Shown here piece by piece: positions 21,201-30,791 of a stretch of 64,000 nucleotides of DNA. The notes under the pieces are model-generated. The model saw only the letters and a list, made by a program, of their open reading frames with translations. It was not told the origin of the DNA and ran no database searches. Numbering within the stretch: position 1 is the first letter of the stretch; every line of letters begins with the position of its first letter. Made by a program: the position numbers and the translations under genes. This DNA comes from Alphaproteobacteria bacterium (lineage in GTDB: Bacteria; Pseudomonadota; Alphaproteobacteria; JBFXJJ01). The DNA lies in assembly GCA_050175015.1 (NCBI GenBank), contig JBFXJJ010000005.1, positions 108,953 to 172,952 on the forward strand, given 5' to 3'.

Positions 21201-23505
21201 CGCCACTGCCGCCATATAAAATATCATTGCCTTTATAGCTATTTATAATGAGGGCAACTGTAGAATTAGAGCCATCAATAATATCATTGCCTGTAGAGCC
21301 GCGCGCTTCTTCAATGTTAGAAGCAGTTAAATTAATGAACATAGCTTCTTGTAAAATGACTGCGTCGTAGCCATCTCCACCATCTATTATTGTATCTGCG
21401 GCATCAATGTATAAAATATCATCACCAGCTCCACCATAAAGTTCGTCAGCGCCAGAGCCTCCGACCAAAGTATCATCACCTGCACCGCCATAGATTTTGT
21501 CAGCGCCAGTGTCGCCATTTAAGCTGTCATTGCCAGTGCCTCCTTTAAGAGTATCATTACCTTCTCTGCCAGTTATAGTGAGGTCAGCAGCTGAGTTAGA
21601 ACCATCAATAATATCATAACCTGTAGAGCCAAGAGCCTTTTCAATATTGGAGGCCGCTAAATCAAAGGTAATTGCTTCTTGTAAATAAACAGTGTCTATG
21701 CCGTCGCCGCCATCTATTATTGTATCTGCGGCATCAATTTGAATTGTATCATTGCCAGCCCCGCCATAAAGTTCATCAGCGCCAGAGCCTCCGACCAAAG
21801 TATCATCACCAACTCCACCCTTAAGTGTGTCATTGCCGTCATTCCCAGCTAAAGTAAGACCTACCGTTGAGTTGGAACCATCAATAATATCGTCGCCTGT
21901 AGAGCCATAAACTTTCTCAATATTGGATGAAGTTAAATCAAAAGTTCTTGCTTCTTGCAAATATGCTGTATCATCTCCATCACCACCATCTATTATGGTA
22001 TCGGCAGCATCAATATATAATTTATCATTTCCAGCCCCGCCATAAAGTTCATCAGCGCCAGATTCGCCATAAAGAGTGTCTCTTCCAGAACCACCATATA
22101 TTTTATCGTTGCCATTTCCTCCACGAAGACGTTCCCCTGTGGAGTTGGCATACATTATATCTGCATCATTGTTGAAGGTGATTTTTTCAACTAAATTTCC
22201 TCCAAAGTGGTTTTTAACCGTTATCTGGTCTTGGCTGTCAATTTTATTGATAACCAAATCATTATCAGAGCAAGTTTCTACATAATCTTCAATATTACCT
22301 GTTATCTTTATCGTATCAGTTCCGCTTTCATCATAGATACGGTCTTGACCATCGCCAGCAACAAATTGATAGATATTGTTTTCTGTACCGCCAAGCAGAA
22401 TATCATCACCAATTCCGCCATTTAAGGTCTTAGCGCTGCTGGTGCCATAAATTATGTCAGAATTGTTATTAAAGGATATTTTTTCTATGGCACTACCATC
22501 AAAGTTATTGGTAACAGTTATTTTATCTCCTGTTGTGTTTTCAATAACTAAATCATTGCCAGAGCGGTAGGCGTTATAATCTGCAATATCTTCATTAACA
22601 ACTATGCTGTCATTATCACCACTGTCATCAAATATGGTATCTTCCCCATCACCTGAGTTAAAAACATAAGTATCGTTTCCTGCCCCACCATTAAGAACAT
22701 CGTTGCCCGCAAAACCTATGATTTTATCATCACTTGTTGTGCCAATAAGAGTTTCTGCACCATTGTTTCCTATCAACAATTTGCTGCCATTATCTCTTGT
22801 TGCAGAAACCGAGACACTTAAACTTGCTTCATCGTAATTTACAGAAAAATTGTTAGCATCTCCGATTTCGAAAATAATATTATTAAGTTTTTTTGCTGTT
22901 AACTCATTGTATAAATTATCTATTGCTTGGAATCTTAAAACACTAAGAGGACCGTTATCCTCTATAAATCCGTTAGGGTTAGTTCCATGAAAACCGTTAT
23001 TAGAAAAAGACTCTAAATAATAATCTCTGCCATCTTTTTTGGGAATTGAGCTATAAATATTAGTATTGAAATTAAATTTGCCAAGGAGAAATGAAGTAAA
23101 AGTGTTGCAACAAGGTCCTTCGGTGTCATAATCAATCCCCTCACCATTTAGTCTTAAGCCATCCATTAATTTGGCATAAAATAGAGCTTTTTTAAAGCAT
23201 TCTATTGCAACATCAGAAGATTCTAGATGGACATATCTTGCATTAAAATATTCTATTTCTGCTGTATTGGTGCCACTACCCCAAACAAAGTTTGAATCAT
23301 AGCTGGTTTGATATATATCTCCAGAAAATGTTTCAAATTTAAATTTCATACCTTCTGTGAGATTACCTTTAGTTACTTCAACATTAGTTATTTTTATACT
23401 ACCATCATCTTTTGTTTCGACTAGCCGAAAACCACTATGGCGGCTCATATCTACTAACGGAACATCAAAATCTTCAAAAAATATTTCAAAACTGTAACTA
23501 ATCAT
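18295..23505 (-). CDS. Large RTX calcium-binding T1SS substrate with a unique ~240-aa N-terminal head
   Basis: Many GGxGxDxLx nonapeptides; C-terminal LWFSQQGQNL...LVQAMSSF RTX tail; no Sec signal. Confidence 0.93.
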   Translation of the reverse strand: MISYSFEIFFEDFDVPLVDMSRHSGFRLVETKDDGSIKITNVEVTKGNLTEGMKFKFETFSGDIYQTSYDSNFVWGSGTNTAEIEYFNARYVHLESSDVAIECFKKALFYAKLMDGLRLNGEGIDYDTEGPCCNTFTSFLLGKFNFNTNIYSSIPKKDGRDYYLESFSNNGFHGTNPNGFIEDNGPLSVLRFQAIDNLYNELTAKKLNNIIFEIGDANNFSVNYDEASLSVSVSATRDNGSKLLIGNNGAETLIGTTSDDKIIGFAGNDVLNGGAGNDTYVFNSGDGEDTIFDDSGDNDSIVVNEDIADYNAYRSGNDLVIENTTGDKITVTNNFDGSAIEKISFNNNSDIIYGTSSAKTLNGGIGDDILLGGTENNIYQFVAGDGQDRIYDESGTDTIKITGNIEDYVETCSDNDLVINKIDSQDQITVKNHFGGNLVEKITFNNDADIMYANSTGERLRGGNGNDKIYGGSGRDTLYGESGADELYGGAGNDKLYIDAADTIIDGGDGDDTAYLQEARTFDLTSSNIEKVYGSTGDDIIDGSNSTVGLTLAGNDGNDTLKGGVGDDTLVGGSGADELYGGAGNDTIQIDAADTIIDGGDGIDTVYLQEAITFDLAASNIEKALGSTGYDIIDGSNSAADLTITGREGNDTLKGGTGNDSLNGDTGADKIYGGAGDDTLVGGSGADELYGGAGDDILYIDAADTIIDGGDGYDAVILQEAMFINLTASNIEEARGSTGNDIIDGSNSTVALIINSYKGNDILYGGSGDDHLYGDDGDDILDGGSGNDRLYAGKGHDILYGGDDDDRLYGDSDDVILYGGSGNDVLYGDEGNDTLDGGSGNDNLRGGSNNDTYIFGIGYGVDTIREESGYDTLYITGGLSASNVTFFQENTTMKIYLNSTFEHVDIYGQYDLTDSGYRIEKINFDDFSINIGDLTNLPQYGTDEAETLTGNDLGCTLVGMGGDDNITGGTGDDNVFGGTGDDTLITLAGNDILDGGEGNDILMGGHGSFDTYLFGTGSDHDTIIETGDVADVIMLKTGLSVTDVTFTRDGNDLVLSINDGNDTMRVQNHYSDANAVVEFLKDKNGGDIDLTDPTLTAAPNEIIGTEERDVIYGTSDSDIIYGFGGNDYLRGDAGDDILEGGADNDVLIGGAGADTLRGGDGNDSLYIDSDDVEINGGEGSDVATMQTAMTLDLAATSIENVNGSTGDDVINGSNSTVRVVAYGNNGNDTILGGSANDYLRGDAGDDILEGGADNDVLIGGAGADTLRGGDGNDSLYIDSDDVEINGGDGSDVATLQTAMTLDLAATSIENVNGSAGDDVINGSNSTVRVVAYGNNGNDTILGGSANDYLRGDAGDDILEGGADNDVLIGGAGADTLRGGDGNDSLYIDSDDVEISGGEGSDVATLQTAMTLDLAATSIENVNGSAGDDVINGSNSTVRIVAYGNNGNDTILGGSANDYLRGDAGDDILEGGADNDVLIGGAGADTLRGGDGNDSLYIDSDDIEINGGEGSDVATLQTAMTLDLAATSIENVIGSAGDDVINGSNSTVRVVAYGNNGNDTILGGSANDYLRGDAGDDILEGGADNDVLIGGAGADTLRGGDGNDTLYGGAGNDTYEFARGDGVDSIVNQDADGTDIMNISNADYDELWFSQQGQNLKVSIMGSSDAIVFNNWYGSDDAQIDQFTISDGFELDRSSVDLLVQAMSSFNPQGMSSISEDETLNNALASTLEQTWHARAV
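18700..20130 (-). repeat. 330-bp (110-aa) tandem repeat in RTX gene, four full copies plus a partial
   Basis: TC(A/G)CCTCTTAGGTAATCATT recurs at 18791, 19121, 19451, 19781, 20111. Confidence 0.92.
22221..22748. repeat. Shared RTX linker, copy 1 (in full-length gene)
   Basis: Near-identical DNA to 24304-24831 and 26410-26878; encodes IGTTSDDKIIG...KIDSQDQI. Confidence 0.93.
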
Positions 23506-23550
23506 AACTTATATCCTTGTAAAAAGTATTATTGTTAAATAACCAAATTA

Positions 23551-24108
23551 TTATTTTGTAACTTTATATTTATGCTTTTTAGTAAAAGGTATTAATATAT
23601 ATAAAAGTGGCATAAATAATTGTAGTTCGATAAGAGCCGATGTAATGTTACCTGGTAATTCTGGGTATTCCCAATGGTTAAAAACTTTTCTTACGCTGAA
23701 ACAATATAAACCTATTCTTAACGCTACAAAAAAAACCATAGATAGTTGTTGTAATGAAATTATAAACAAAATCATTTTTTTATTTAGATACTTAAGCATA
23801 AAATATCCTGCAAGACATAATCCAAAACAAACAAGAATTGTAATATTACTTTTAAGAATATAATAAGTTGGAGGGCATACATGATCTGGAGCTTTATCGG
23901 ATATAATAGTATTTGTAATTATATAATAATTAAAACTAAATGTTAGACAAAGCGAGCATCCAAAAAATAATATAAATGAGCCATTTTTTATAATTTTTTT
24001 GATTTTATCTTTTTTAAGTGAGAACTTTTCATTTTTTAAGTTGTTATTTTTAATGTTTATCTCTCCATAATTGGTTTTATATATTTCTTCTCTATTAAAA
24101 TCACTCAT
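23551..24108 (-). CDS. Multi-TM membrane protein, putative immunity partner of head 1
   Basis: About four hydrophobic segments, very AT-rich, ends 45 bp before RTX start. Confidence 0.6.
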   Translation of the reverse strand: MSDFNREEIYKTNYGEINIKNNNLKNEKFSLKKDKIKKIIKNGSFILFFGCSLCLTFSFNYYIITNTIISDKAPDHVCPPTYYILKSNITILVCFGLCLAGYFMLKYLNKKMILFIISLQQLSMVFFVALRIGLYCFSVRKVFNHWEYPELPGNITSALIELQLFMPLLYILIPFTKKHKYKVTK

Positions 24109-24167
24109 AAAAAATACTCTCTAATTTCAAGTGTTAACTTTTTACTGAAGATAACTATACTCTATAT

Positions 24168-24277
24168 TTAATCTAAAATGCACATAATTTTTTGTTATAT
24201 TTTACTAACATAAGGCTACCGTGGGTTGAGTAACAGTATTTACAATTTCAGCTCTAAATAATTACTAATACAGCCGC
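24168..24277 (-). promoter_or_regulatory. Conserved cassette leader (copies at ~26274-26383 and ~28968-29050)
   Basis: TAATTTTTTGTTA...GGTTGAGT...GCTCTAAATAATTACTAA block precedes three cassette membrane genes. Confidence 0.65.
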
Positions 24278-25570
24278 CTAAGAGGCTATTTTAAAATGTG
24301 ATTTTATCTGGTCTTGGCTGTCAATTTTATTGATAACCAAATCATTATCAGAGCTGGTTTCTACATAATCTTCAATATTACCTGTTATCTTTATCGTATC
24401 AGTTCCGCTTTCATCATAGATGCGGTCTTCGCCATCACCAGCAACAAATTGATAGATGTTATTCTCTGTGCCGCCAAGCAGAATATCATCACCAATACCG
24501 CCATTTAAGGTCTTAGCACTGCTGGTTCCATAAATTATGTCTGAATTGTTATTAAAGGATATTTTCTCTATGGCATTACCATCAAAGTTATCAGTAACAG
24601 TTATTTTATCTCCTGTTGTGTTTTCAATAACTAAATCATCGCCAGAGCGGTAGGCGTTATAATCTGCAATATCTTCATTAACAACTATGCTGTCATTATC
24701 ACCACTGTCATCAAATATGGTATCTTCCCCATCACCTGAGTTAAAAACATAAGTATCATTGCCAGCACCACCATTAAGAACATCATTGCCTGCTAAGCCT
24801 ATAATTTTATCATCACTTGTTGTGCCAATAATAGTGTTATTTAAATTTTCGCCGATAAAATAACTTTTATTACCAACCGTTATTTTTAAGCTAACATCTC
24901 TATTTTCACTATCAGTGTAACTTTCATCCCCCATCCATTCAAAAGTTACATTTTCTAAATCTGTAAGAGCTCCTTCGTAATTATTAAAAAACACAGCACT
25001 CATATCTCTTATTGCTGTTGCAATCAAAACATCTTGCCCCGTGTTGCCATCAATAAAACTGCTAAACCTTCCTGGAAATTGACCGTCGAAAGTGTCAAAA
25101 ACATTTATACCATTAAAATAAGTAGAGGCCATTGTCTGTGTCCAAGTATTACAATTGGGACCTGTGGCATCATAATCAAGCAAGCCAAACGATGTTGATA
25201 GTGAACTTCTTAATTTGGCATCAAAAACAAGTTTATTATATGCTCTTAAAGCATCATTACCTTGAAAAAAGATGAATGTTTGAGCATTATAATTTGTTAT
25301 AAATTCTTGAGTTGTGTCTCTTTCTCTATCATTAACATAAGTTTTAACTCCCCAAATAATTTCATTTCCTTGGTTATCTATATATGTTTGTCCTGAAGAT
25401 TCGACAAAAGCAAAATCAATATTGCCATCGACAACGATTAAATCAATTGCTTTTACAGTCAAACTTCCATCATCATTAGTTATTAATAAATCATAGCCAG
25501 AGTGCATAAGAGTGGTTTGAGGGGCATCAATTGATCTGGTATGAGCACGCAATTCGTAAGTAACAGACAT
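24278..25570 (-). CDS. Orphan RTX cassette 2: alternative head + shared linker, truncated
   Basis: Own AGGAG RBS; ~245-aa head, then the linker, ending SQDQIKSHFKIAS; lacks RTX C-terminal secretion tail. Confidence 0.85.
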   Translation of the reverse strand: MSVTYELRAHTRSIDAPQTTLMHSGYDLLITNDDGSLTVKAIDLIVVDGNIDFAFVESSGQTYIDNQGNEIIWGVKTYVNDRERDTTQEFITNYNAQTFIFFQGNDALRAYNKLVFDAKLRSSLSTSFGLLDYDATGPNCNTWTQTMASTYFNGINVFDTFDGQFPGRFSSFIDGNTGQDVLIATAIRDMSAVFFNNYEGALTDLENVTFEWMGDESYTDSENRDVSLKITVGNKSYFIGENLNNTIIGTTSDDKIIGLAGNDVLNGGAGNDTYVFNSGDGEDTIFDDSGDNDSIVVNEDIADYNAYRSGDDLVIENTTGDKITVTDNFDGNAIEKISFNNNSDIIYGTSSAKTLNGGIGDDILLGGTENNIYQFVAGDGEDRIYDESGTDTIKITGNIEDYVETSSDNDLVINKIDSQDQIKSHFKIAS

Positions 25571-25588
25571 AAAAAACTCCTTCTAAAA

Positions 25589-26209
25589 TTAATTAATAAT
25601 TATTCCGAAAAATAAATAAATGAATGTTGGTAAAAACATTGCAAAAACAAAACAGATATATGTTGCTATTCTCAGATATGTTTTATTATTGACGTTGAGC
25701 TTTTTGCCAAAATTGGTAAAAAAGAAGAGCAAACCGAATAATGAATTTATAATATCAGCAAACCAGCTATATTTGTGGGCAAAACTAAATAATATAAAAC
25801 CAAAATGACAGAAAAAGTTTTTTAATGATATTTGACCTATATATTTAACACATAATTCTTTTTGATAATCCCGCATCCCAAAAGATACTGCAGAAGGATT
25901 ATTTATTTTGACAAGCATTATTATTAACATAATAAAAAATGTTATTAGTGAGATCATAGCAATAATTTTTATAAAGATTTCTTTTGAAAAAGCGTTATAT
26001 GCGAGGTATACAAAGACAATCCAAGTTAGGCTATATAAAAAAGCAATGTTCCAGTTTAATCTCATTCCTGTAGATAAATTATTTATAAGCATAAAAACAC
26101 TAAAACAAAGCAATAAAAACAACCATATTATGGATAAAATTTTAAGTACTTTGGTTATTTTTAGCTGTTTAATGCTATTCAAATTTATGCTTTTGTTAAA
26201 TGTTTCCAT
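25589..26209 (-). CDS. Multi-TM membrane protein, putative immunity partner of head 2
   Basis: Five to six hydrophobic segments; ends 18 bp before cassette 2. Confidence 0.6.
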   Translation of the reverse strand: METFNKSINLNSIKQLKITKVLKILSIIWLFLLLCFSVFMLINNLSTGMRLNWNIAFLYSLTWIVFVYLAYNAFSKEIFIKIIAMISLITFFIMLIIMLVKINNPSAVSFGMRDYQKELCVKYIGQISLKNFFCHFGFILFSFAHKYSWFADIINSLFGLLFFFTNFGKKLNVNNKTYLRIATYICFVFAMFLPTFIYLFFGIIIN

Positions 26210-26383
26210 TATTATATCCTTAAAATAATAAAATTTGTTTTCTGCAAAATATCGTTACACAATATATGCCGTTTTAATCTAAAATGCACATAATTTTTTG
26301 TTACATTTGTCCAACATAAAACCATCTTAGGTTGAGTGATAGCGTTTACAATTTCAGCTCTAAATAATTACTAATACAGCCGT

Positions 26384-27878
26384 CTAAGAGGCTATTTTAA
26401 AATGCGATTTTATCTGGTCTTGACTGTCAATTTTATTGATAACCAAATCATTATCAGAGCTGGTTTCTACATAATCTTCAATATTACCTGTTATCTTTAT
26501 CGTATCAGTTCCGCTTTCGTCATAGATGCGGTCTTCGCCATCACCAGCAATAAACTGATAGATATTGTTTTCTGTACCGCCAAGCAGAATGTCATCGCCA
26601 ATACCGCCATTTAAGGTCTTAGCACTGCTGGTGCCATAAATTATGGCTGAATTGTTGTTAAAGGATATTTTCTCTATGGCATTACCATCAAAGTTATCAG
26701 TAACAGTTATTTTATCTCCTGTTGTGTTTTCAATAACCAAATCATCGCCAGAGCGGTAGGCATTATAATCTGCAATATCTTCATTAACAACTATGCGGTC
26801 ATTATCACCACTGTTATCAAATATGGTATCTTCCCCATCACCTGCATTAAAAACATAAGTATCATTGCCAGAACCACCTAAGAGGATATCGTCAAAACTA
26901 CTACCAGTTATATTATCTTCACCGTCCCCTCCAATAAAAACTATACCATTTTTCTCATAATCACTTATATTTGGAACATCAAAAAAACCATAAACAGGCA
27001 TATCAGATGAAGAAAGTGTATCTCCGTTATTAGTACCATATATAATCGGACGATCTTGAACGTCAAGAAATCTGGTAATCCCAGAATTTCATAAATTGTT
27101 TAATAAAGTATCTCCTCCTAGTTTCATAAGAGTTAATTTTTCAATAGGATTAATAATTTGTGAACTTGTTATAAAATTATTTTCAGCATCAAAATCATCT
27201 TGAGTATATGGCTCTCTTGCTAAAGGAACTTGTGTAAATTCAATTTCAACTTTTCGGCCTATTTTAGATGGATCAATATTATTTTTAATAAAAGCATTGC
27301 CAATGCTTGCCGTAAAATCATCACTTTGTAAGTCAAAATTTTCTTTATAATATGTACCATCTTCTAATTGATAATCATGTAAGGGGGCTACAGCTAAATT
27401 TAAAATGCTTCTATTTCCATTCGCATCAACAGTAAAGCGTATAGCATCTTCTAATTTAAAGGATGTTGATCCCCAAACGTAAAATCTTTCAAGATAATCA
27501 TTAAATCCCATACTGTCATCGTAAAAATCATACTGTTCTATATTAAATATAAACGAAGTAAGTTTTGGATTTAAAAGATTACAAAGATGATCCGCTATCT
27601 GTTCCTTATCAAAATCTCCACTTGGAACGTCATATTTATATGTTCCATCAGAATTTTTTTTAAAAAAACGCTGGATTATTTTAAACTGTGACGCAACAGC
27701 AAATCGGCCTGCTCCATTAGTCATAAAATTAGCACCATCAACTTCTATTGAAACAACATCCGCTTCTGGTCTAAAAGCTTTCTGAGGTTAAATCGCTGGG
27801 AGTTGTTTCTTGTCCATATAAATATAAATTTGTTATTGTTTCTGGGGTAAGTCTATGAGTGTCATTATAAATAGTCAT
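26384..27878 (-). pseudogene. Orphan RTX cassette 3 with frameshift and nonsense codon
   Basis: GGAG RBS + ATG 27878 (MTIYNDTHRLTPETITNLYLYGQETTP); frameshift near 27772; in-frame TGA 27089-27091; frame continues into linker ending SHFKIAS. Confidence 0.85.
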
Positions 27879-27915
27879 TTTTATATTCTCCTAAAAGTCA
27901 CATTTATTATTAGCG

Positions 27916-28887
27916 TCATCGAAAAATCTCGCTCCATTCGACTTCAACAAATTCGCCACAATTAGTAATTACAACAATTCCTTTAGCAAAAGTTTCATAC
28001 CCTATACTACCATCTTCGTTCTCGTATCGTTTAAGATAGCTAAAAAAAGCAGTATCGGCAGCTTTACCTCGCAATTTAAGATTAGTGAAAACTTTAGGGC
28101 AACCATCATAATCTCTCCAGAAAGAAGGGCTGTCTTGGCAATCAAAGACAACAAAACCAGGATTAATTGTTAAAAATTCTTGGACATTATTATATTTAAT
28201 CAGTCTCTTTTTTACTCCATTAATAGTAGTGTAATCTTTTTGATTTTTAATTATTGAAGATATTAGAATTTGCGTCTTATTTTCTTCAGATAACCAACGC
28301 ATTTTTTTAAAGCAAAATCCTGAATAATTAAGACCACAAACAATAATTAAAATTGCTAAAGGAATGAATAGAGGGATAATATATATTTTTTTAACACTCG
28401 GTTTGGAATGTTTGTTTATATTAACCTCTTCGTCCTGTTTTCTATTTATAAATAATTTCAATCCAAACAGCGGCAAAAAAATAAAAATAGTAGATAGTAT
28501 TATTAAAAACATCACCAATAAAAAAATTGAGCATATTATTGTCAAAATAGTATTAGAAAAGCCTACAAAACTAAGCAAATGGCTTATAAAGAACCATAAA
28601 ATCATATATAAGCGCATGCAATATTCTTCAGCTGATACAAAAAGAAAACAAAGTATAAGTATGAACAGGAATGCTCTAACAGTTCTATCATTCAAAAATA
28701 CTATGGTTTTTCTTAACATTTTATTTTCTCTAGATAATAAAAGTCTTATGTTTATGGAACAGCTTTTTGATTGTTTTTCTTTTACATTCAGCGTTGTATC
28801 TTGCTTTGTTTTATCAAATTCATCTGAATTTTTTTCGATAACATTTCCAGAGATATCTTCGATTGTTTTATTGTCATTGTTAGTCAT
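27916..28887 (-). CDS. Membrane protein with soluble C-terminal domain, putative immunity partner of head 3
   Basis: TM segments, then LNYSGFC...ITNCG domain; ends 37 bp before cassette 3 start. Confidence 0.6.
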   Translation of the reverse strand: MTNNDNKTIEDISGNVIEKNSDEFDKTKQDTTLNVKEKQSKSCSINIRLLLSRENKMLRKTIVFLNDRTVRAFLFILILCFLFVSAEEYCMRLYMILWFFISHLLSFVGFSNTILTIICSIFLLVMFLIILSTIFIFLPLFGLKLFINRKQDEEVNINKHSKPSVKKIYIIPLFIPLAILIIVCGLNYSGFCFKKMRWLSEENKTQILISSIIKNQKDYTTINGVKKRLIKYNNVQEFLTINPGFVVFDCQDSPSFWRDYDGCPKVFTNLKLRGKAADTAFFSYLKRYENEDGSIGYETFAKGIVVITNCGEFVEVEWSEIFR

Positions 28888-29056
28888 TTAAAGCTATAAC
28901 CTTTACTTAGAGACGTAATATGCAAAAATTGCTTTATAGCTTATACCCATTTGAACTTAAAGCCGTGTAATTTTTTTGTTATATTTTGCTAACAAAATGA
29001 TACTATAGGTTGAGTTGAGAAGAGCTGTTTTTGGCTCTAAATAATTACTAAAAATA

Positions 29057-29160
29057 TTATGCCGCAGATTTAATTTTTGATGTTATTTTATCACCATTTG
29101 ATAAAATGGTGTTATCGTAGAAAAGTTTTGTTCTTGTTCTGTTAAAGGTGTTTCGCTCAT
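29057..29160 (-). pseudogene. Possible vestigial head of a fourth cassette
   Basis: GGGGAG RBS and ATGA-coupled start after ankyrin gene; MSETPLTEQEQ, then another frame LSNGDKITSKIKSAA*. Confidence 0.4.
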
Positions 29161-30791
29161 AGATTAACTCCCCAATGATTAGTATTTTTTTTATCTTTAA
29201 ATAAGTAGATTATTATAAAAAATAAAAAATTTGATAAATGAATAAAAAATAAAAAAAACATAGTATATGTCATAGCTGAATATGGTATTTCAATTTGAAG
29301 CTTTTTAGGATCACAAAACATCAAAAATAAAGAGAACATGCTTAAAGAATAAAAAATAATTAAACCTGAAAACAAGGTTGTTATTGGTGGATTATTTTTT
29401 TGTAAATCTATTTTAGTAAAAAAAGCATCTATTGGAAACACAGTTGAACATATTATAATGATTAAAAGATAAACATAAATATAACTATCTGAGCTTAAAT
29501 GTCTTATAGAAAAAGTTTGTTTATTGTAGTCGAAAAGCCAAACGTTCTTCCATATATCAGTTAAATAAATAGGACCGCTACAAGAATTGCCATAGTAAGC
29601 CCTGATAAAATCACCTATAAAAATAGCAATAAAAAATACCCAAAATGCAATTTCTCCTTTTTTTGATTTGCCTAAAAAACATTCCTCATGTTGAGGCATA
29701 CGATATCTAAAAAAAGTAGACACAACAAAAATTAAAGCTAAGGTAACAGGGATAGTAGCTATAGCATATTGGTTTTTCTGCCATAGCAATACAACCTGTA
29801 ATAAGATTATGTAGGAAACACTAAAAACACTATAACAACGATAAAGCAACCCTGTTTTAAATTTATTGATGGCTTTATCTGCTGTCTCACCGTTATTATC
29901 CTTAATATTAGCATCGGCTCCAGCATCAATAAGCGTTTGCATAATTTCAATATTATTATTAGTGCTGGCTATAAATAAGGCGGTTTGCCCTTCATTGTCT
30001 TTAATATTAACCTTTGCTCCATTAGCAATAAGTAACTTTACAACATCTAAACGATTGAAAGTCGTCGCATAAAATAAAGCCGTACATCCATTATTATCAA
30101 GAGCATTAATATTGGCTCCAGATTTTATCAAAAAATCAACAATGTCTTTATTTTTCGAGGCTAACATCAATGGAGTAATGCCGTCATTATTCACTTGATT
30201 GATGTCAAGTCCGAGATTTAAAAATGTTTTTATAATTTCAGGATTAGAATTGCAGGCAGCAAGATGAAGCGCTGAAGATGCTTTTGCTGTTTTATCATTA
30301 ACATTTGCTCCTAATCTAATTAAAGTTTTTATAACTTCAGGGTTTTTATTAAGCCTAGCTGCAAGTAATATGGGGGTTATCTCATGTATGAAGAATTTGT
30401 GCTTTGTTTCATCAAATTCAATGTTAACACCTTTAAACTTAATATTAAGATTATCTCCTGATTTAACGGCTTTTTCTATGTGCTCAGAGGAGCCATAGAT
30501 TATAATATCTAAAAAACTTTTTTGAAAAAAACCTAATTTTTGAAAAAAACCTAATATATCGGCCAAAATTGATAGAGGAATATAACTAATAATAAAAGAA
30601 AAAACGAAGTAGAAAATTATTTCTTCAATAGAGAAAGATTGGAAAAACTTGAAAAAAATTAAAGCTACATATAAAGGTGTATATATTAAAAGCCACATAG
30701 ATAGAAAGATTCTATTAAAATTCAGCGAATTGAATCTAAGAGATAATTTATCTTTAGAAAAAAGATTTAGCAGCAAATAGCGTATGTTCAT
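29157..30791 (-). CDS. Ankyrin-repeat multi-pass membrane protein
   Basis: TPILLAA, SALHLAA, GITPLMLA, GCTALFYA, GQTALFIA repeats between TM regions. Confidence 0.85.
   Translation of the reverse strand: MNIRYLLLNLFSKDKLSLRFNSLNFNRIFLSMWLLIYTPLYVALIFFKFFQSFSIEEIIFYFVFSFIISYIPLSILADILGFFQKLGFFQKSFLDIIIYGSSEHIEKAVKSGDNLNIKFKGVNIEFDETKHKFFIHEITPILLAARLNKNPEVIKTLIRLGANVNDKTAKASSALHLAACNSNPEIIKTFLNLGLDINQVNNDGITPLMLASKNKDIVDFLIKSGANINALDNNGCTALFYATTFNRLDVVKLLIANGAKVNIKDNEGQTALFIASTNNNIEIMQTLIDAGADANIKDNNGETADKAINKFKTGLLYRCYSVFSVSYIILLQVVLLWQKNQYAIATIPVTLALIFVVSTFFRYRMPQHEECFLGKSKKGEIAFWVFFIAIFIGDFIRAYYGNSCSGPIYLTDIWKNVWLFDYNKQTFSIRHLSSDSYIYVYLLIIIICSTVFPIDAFFTKIDLQKNNPPITTLFSGLIIFYSLSMFSLFLMFCDPKKLQIEIPYSAMTYTMFFLFFIHLSNFLFFIIIYLFKDKKNTNHWGVNL

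Noticed and set aside
22221-26878. Linker repeats as a DGR template/variable pair
   Set aside because: No reverse transcriptase in the window; differences look mostly synonymous rather than adenine-specific
27089-27091. In-frame TGA as recoding (Trp or Sec)
   Set aside because: TGA terminates ordinary genes here (tatD, uvrD, hlyB) and the same cassette also has a frameshift
28364-28891. 175-aa plus-strand ORF and other short antisense ORFs in the track
   Set aside because: Antisense to better-supported genes, with no recognisable motifs
30522-30554. 18-bp duplication (GFFQKLGFFQK) with A7 runs as a slippage switch
   Set aside because: Only two in-frame copies, and A7 runs are common in this AT-rich DNA
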